From the NCBI GenBank assembly GCA_964016885.1, contig OZ024742.1, positions 227,912,001 through 227,976,000 on the forward strand: a stretch of 64,000 nt of DNA, in the 5' to 3' direction. The position numbers and the translations under genes were made by a program. The notes under the pieces were generated by a model. The model did no database searches and was not told the DNA's origin. It saw only the letters and a list, made by a program, of their open reading frames with translations. Origin of the DNA: Eledone cirrhosa (lineage: Eukaryota). Below, one piece after another: positions 61,506-64,000 of the stretch. Position 1 is the stretch's first letter. Each line of letters starts with the position of its first letter.

Positions 61506-63396
61506 AGCTAAATAATGAGAAAGTTAGTTATATTACTAAATTCCTTCAAATTCCTGATTATTTTAAAAACTATTTCAAAAGCACAGGCAATGCATTTCAT
61601 TAGAAATATGATAATGAAAGAACTAAAGTGATTGTATTTATTTTAAAATTTTCCCTCATAATTTTGAGTAAGAATCTTTAAATTCACATTACTCTATATC
61701 TACTATTATATTTTCATTGTAAAGGCTTTACCTCGCATAATTATCTCACATAAAATCGAATCTATGAGATTTTGAAAGTATTTATTTTGAGATCAATACC
61801 TTAACATCAGTTTGAGCGACCAGTTACAGCCAGTTTCAACAGAAAGAGGTAGAGAATACTGGCTGGTTTTGGCCGGTTTGAACACTAAAGGGTTAAGGAA
61901 AAAGTGTTTGGAACAAAGTTTCTTACATGAAATTATAATGGAAATATTTTCATTGAAGACCTGCCTCCAGTATAAAATGTGACCCGATGCATCCCCCATG
62001 TAACACTGACCCTTCCACTATCACTTCCTAGTAGGTATCTCCACCATCACTGCACACCCCATCCAGTATTACTAATTCTCTGCCACACAACATCTAAAGT
62101 GTCTAGATACCCTCACTTACCTTCATCACCCCTGCACACCTCCCCCCACTACCACTCCTTAGCTAGTCTCTCAATCAATATACACCCCCCCCCCCACACA
62201 CACACTGCAAAAAGAAAATCCCAACACACTGGTGAGTCCCTCCCCTCACCATGTTATCAACCACACAACATATGCCTCTATTACAGCTTAGGTATTTTCA
62301 CCCTTCCTATACCCCTTCCCTCCTAAACCACCTTGCCGTACATAACTTCATACTTATATTCTGTCTCCTCCTTCCACTCCCACAGAGCAGAGAGGGCTCT
62401 CAGTTGGGATAATAGCCAACAACCTCTCTAGTGTTGGTGCTATGAAAATACACCCAGTGCACCCTGTAAGGTGGTTGGCAATAGGAAAGGCACCTCACTG
62501 TAGAAACCATGCTAAAACGGTTGTGAAGACCTTCAGTGGCATCAATGATGAGACAACCTCTCTAGTGTTGGTGATCTACACAAACATACGCAGTATATGC
62601 TGTAAAGTGGAAGGGCATCCAGCTGCAGAAAGCTTGCCAACAAAGGGTTGTGAGGACTCTTTAGTTGTGTCAAAGTACTGCTTACAAAGATAAAATGTAT
62701 TAGAAAGAACACAGGAGCATATGTAAATTAGATGCAGACCCCCAATCTGTCTGGGAGGTCAGTAGCCCCACTTGAGTATTGACTCAGTCTGTGAAGACCT
62801 ACCCAAAACAACTGCTAAATGATGATGATAAACATTTTAAAATATACAGTTCCACACTGTAAATGTGGTTGATGTTAGGTAGGGCATTCAGCTGTAAAAT
62901 ACCTGGCCAAATTCACAGTCCTCGCTGGAGTAAGGTGTGACATGGCCAACCATGGCCAGACTTGCTTCCCGGCAAGCATGGAAGAATGGACGCTAAACGA
63001 CAATGATGATAAGTCCAGTATCATAGAACCAAGGTTGGTTTCAGGTAGTTTGGTGTCAAAAGAGTTAAAATAGTAAACAGTGTTGTATCATAGAACCAAT
63101 GACTGGTTTCAGGTGGTTAGGTGTCAAAGGAATAAGACAGTTTATTCAGGTTTTAATAACATAAAGAAATATGTTAGTCCCCATACCCAAATTCTATTTC
63201 AAACCCAAAGGACCTTGAAAATATTACACTGCTGTGTAATGGTGGTGGTGGAAAAGGAAGCTATAAAATTTCAATCATACCAACAATCACAAATGCTATA
63301 CAATAACCTCAAGTCATCCTACTCCCCATTCATGAAACTCAATGCCATTTGTTTTTTTAAACTATTCCATTGTGTGTGTGTGTGTCTGTGTGTATG

Positions 63397-63433
<37 letters not shown>

Positions 63434-64000
63434 ATCAAGTAAACACAAAAATGCTCACACCCTTAACACATATAAACTCTCTTTTTCACTCTCCCCACAT
63501 ATACATTATCCTCATCACACATATATATTCATCATTATCGCCATTGTAATATATATTTATATGTATAGTGAGAGATTCAACAAGAAGAAAACTGCTCTAT
63601 ATATAAGCAGAACTAATTTATTATGAATCGTACACATGAAATCCATAACACTGGCTGGATTGCACAGGGTCGATAAAATAAAGTACCAGTTATGCACTGG
63701 GGTCAATTTAATCGACTCCCCCGCCCCTCTCTCTCAAAATTGCTTACCTTGTGCCTAAATCAGAAACAATTATTGCAATTGGTAATGAATCCACCACTCT
63801 TCACCTGACATTTAAAAAGGATGACTAAAGAAATACTGACTCATTACTGATTGCAATATATGTTGTGATAAGCATGTATGTGCCTATGTGTGTGTATTCT
63901 GCGACTTCGGTGATCTAATTAACAGTGGAGGAGGTTGCTCTGAGACCATAGTTGCTAGAATAAGAACAAATGAAAAATTGTTCAAGAAGCTACTACCTCA

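Overview
AT-rich, repeat-dominated animal DNA. The SINE, RTE and microsatellite types look cephalopod (octopus-like); this is an inference. The only clear host gene is an SLC35A-type UDP-galactose transporter on the minus strand (two exons, 46363-46029 and 45142-44525); its 5' exon was not located. The rest is mostly mobile DNA. It includes about a dozen RTE-clade LINE copies, one with an intact 1022-aa ORF and one near-intact. Both RTE subfamilies carry a C4HC3 PHD-type finger inside the RT region. There are also several Penelope-like elements with hammerhead-ribozyme motifs and inverted ends, three Helitron pieces, a ~4 kb decayed hAT transposon, two LTRs, a CR1/L2 remnant, SINEs and MITEs. 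The most notable features are the PHD-in-RT LINEs, a retrozyme-like unit at 39.4-40.2 kb, a ~0.9 kb-arm inverted repeat with a hammerhead in each arm, tandem arrays inside retroelements, and a hairpin in the probable 3' UTR of the gene. Coordinates were read by eye and may be off by a few bases.
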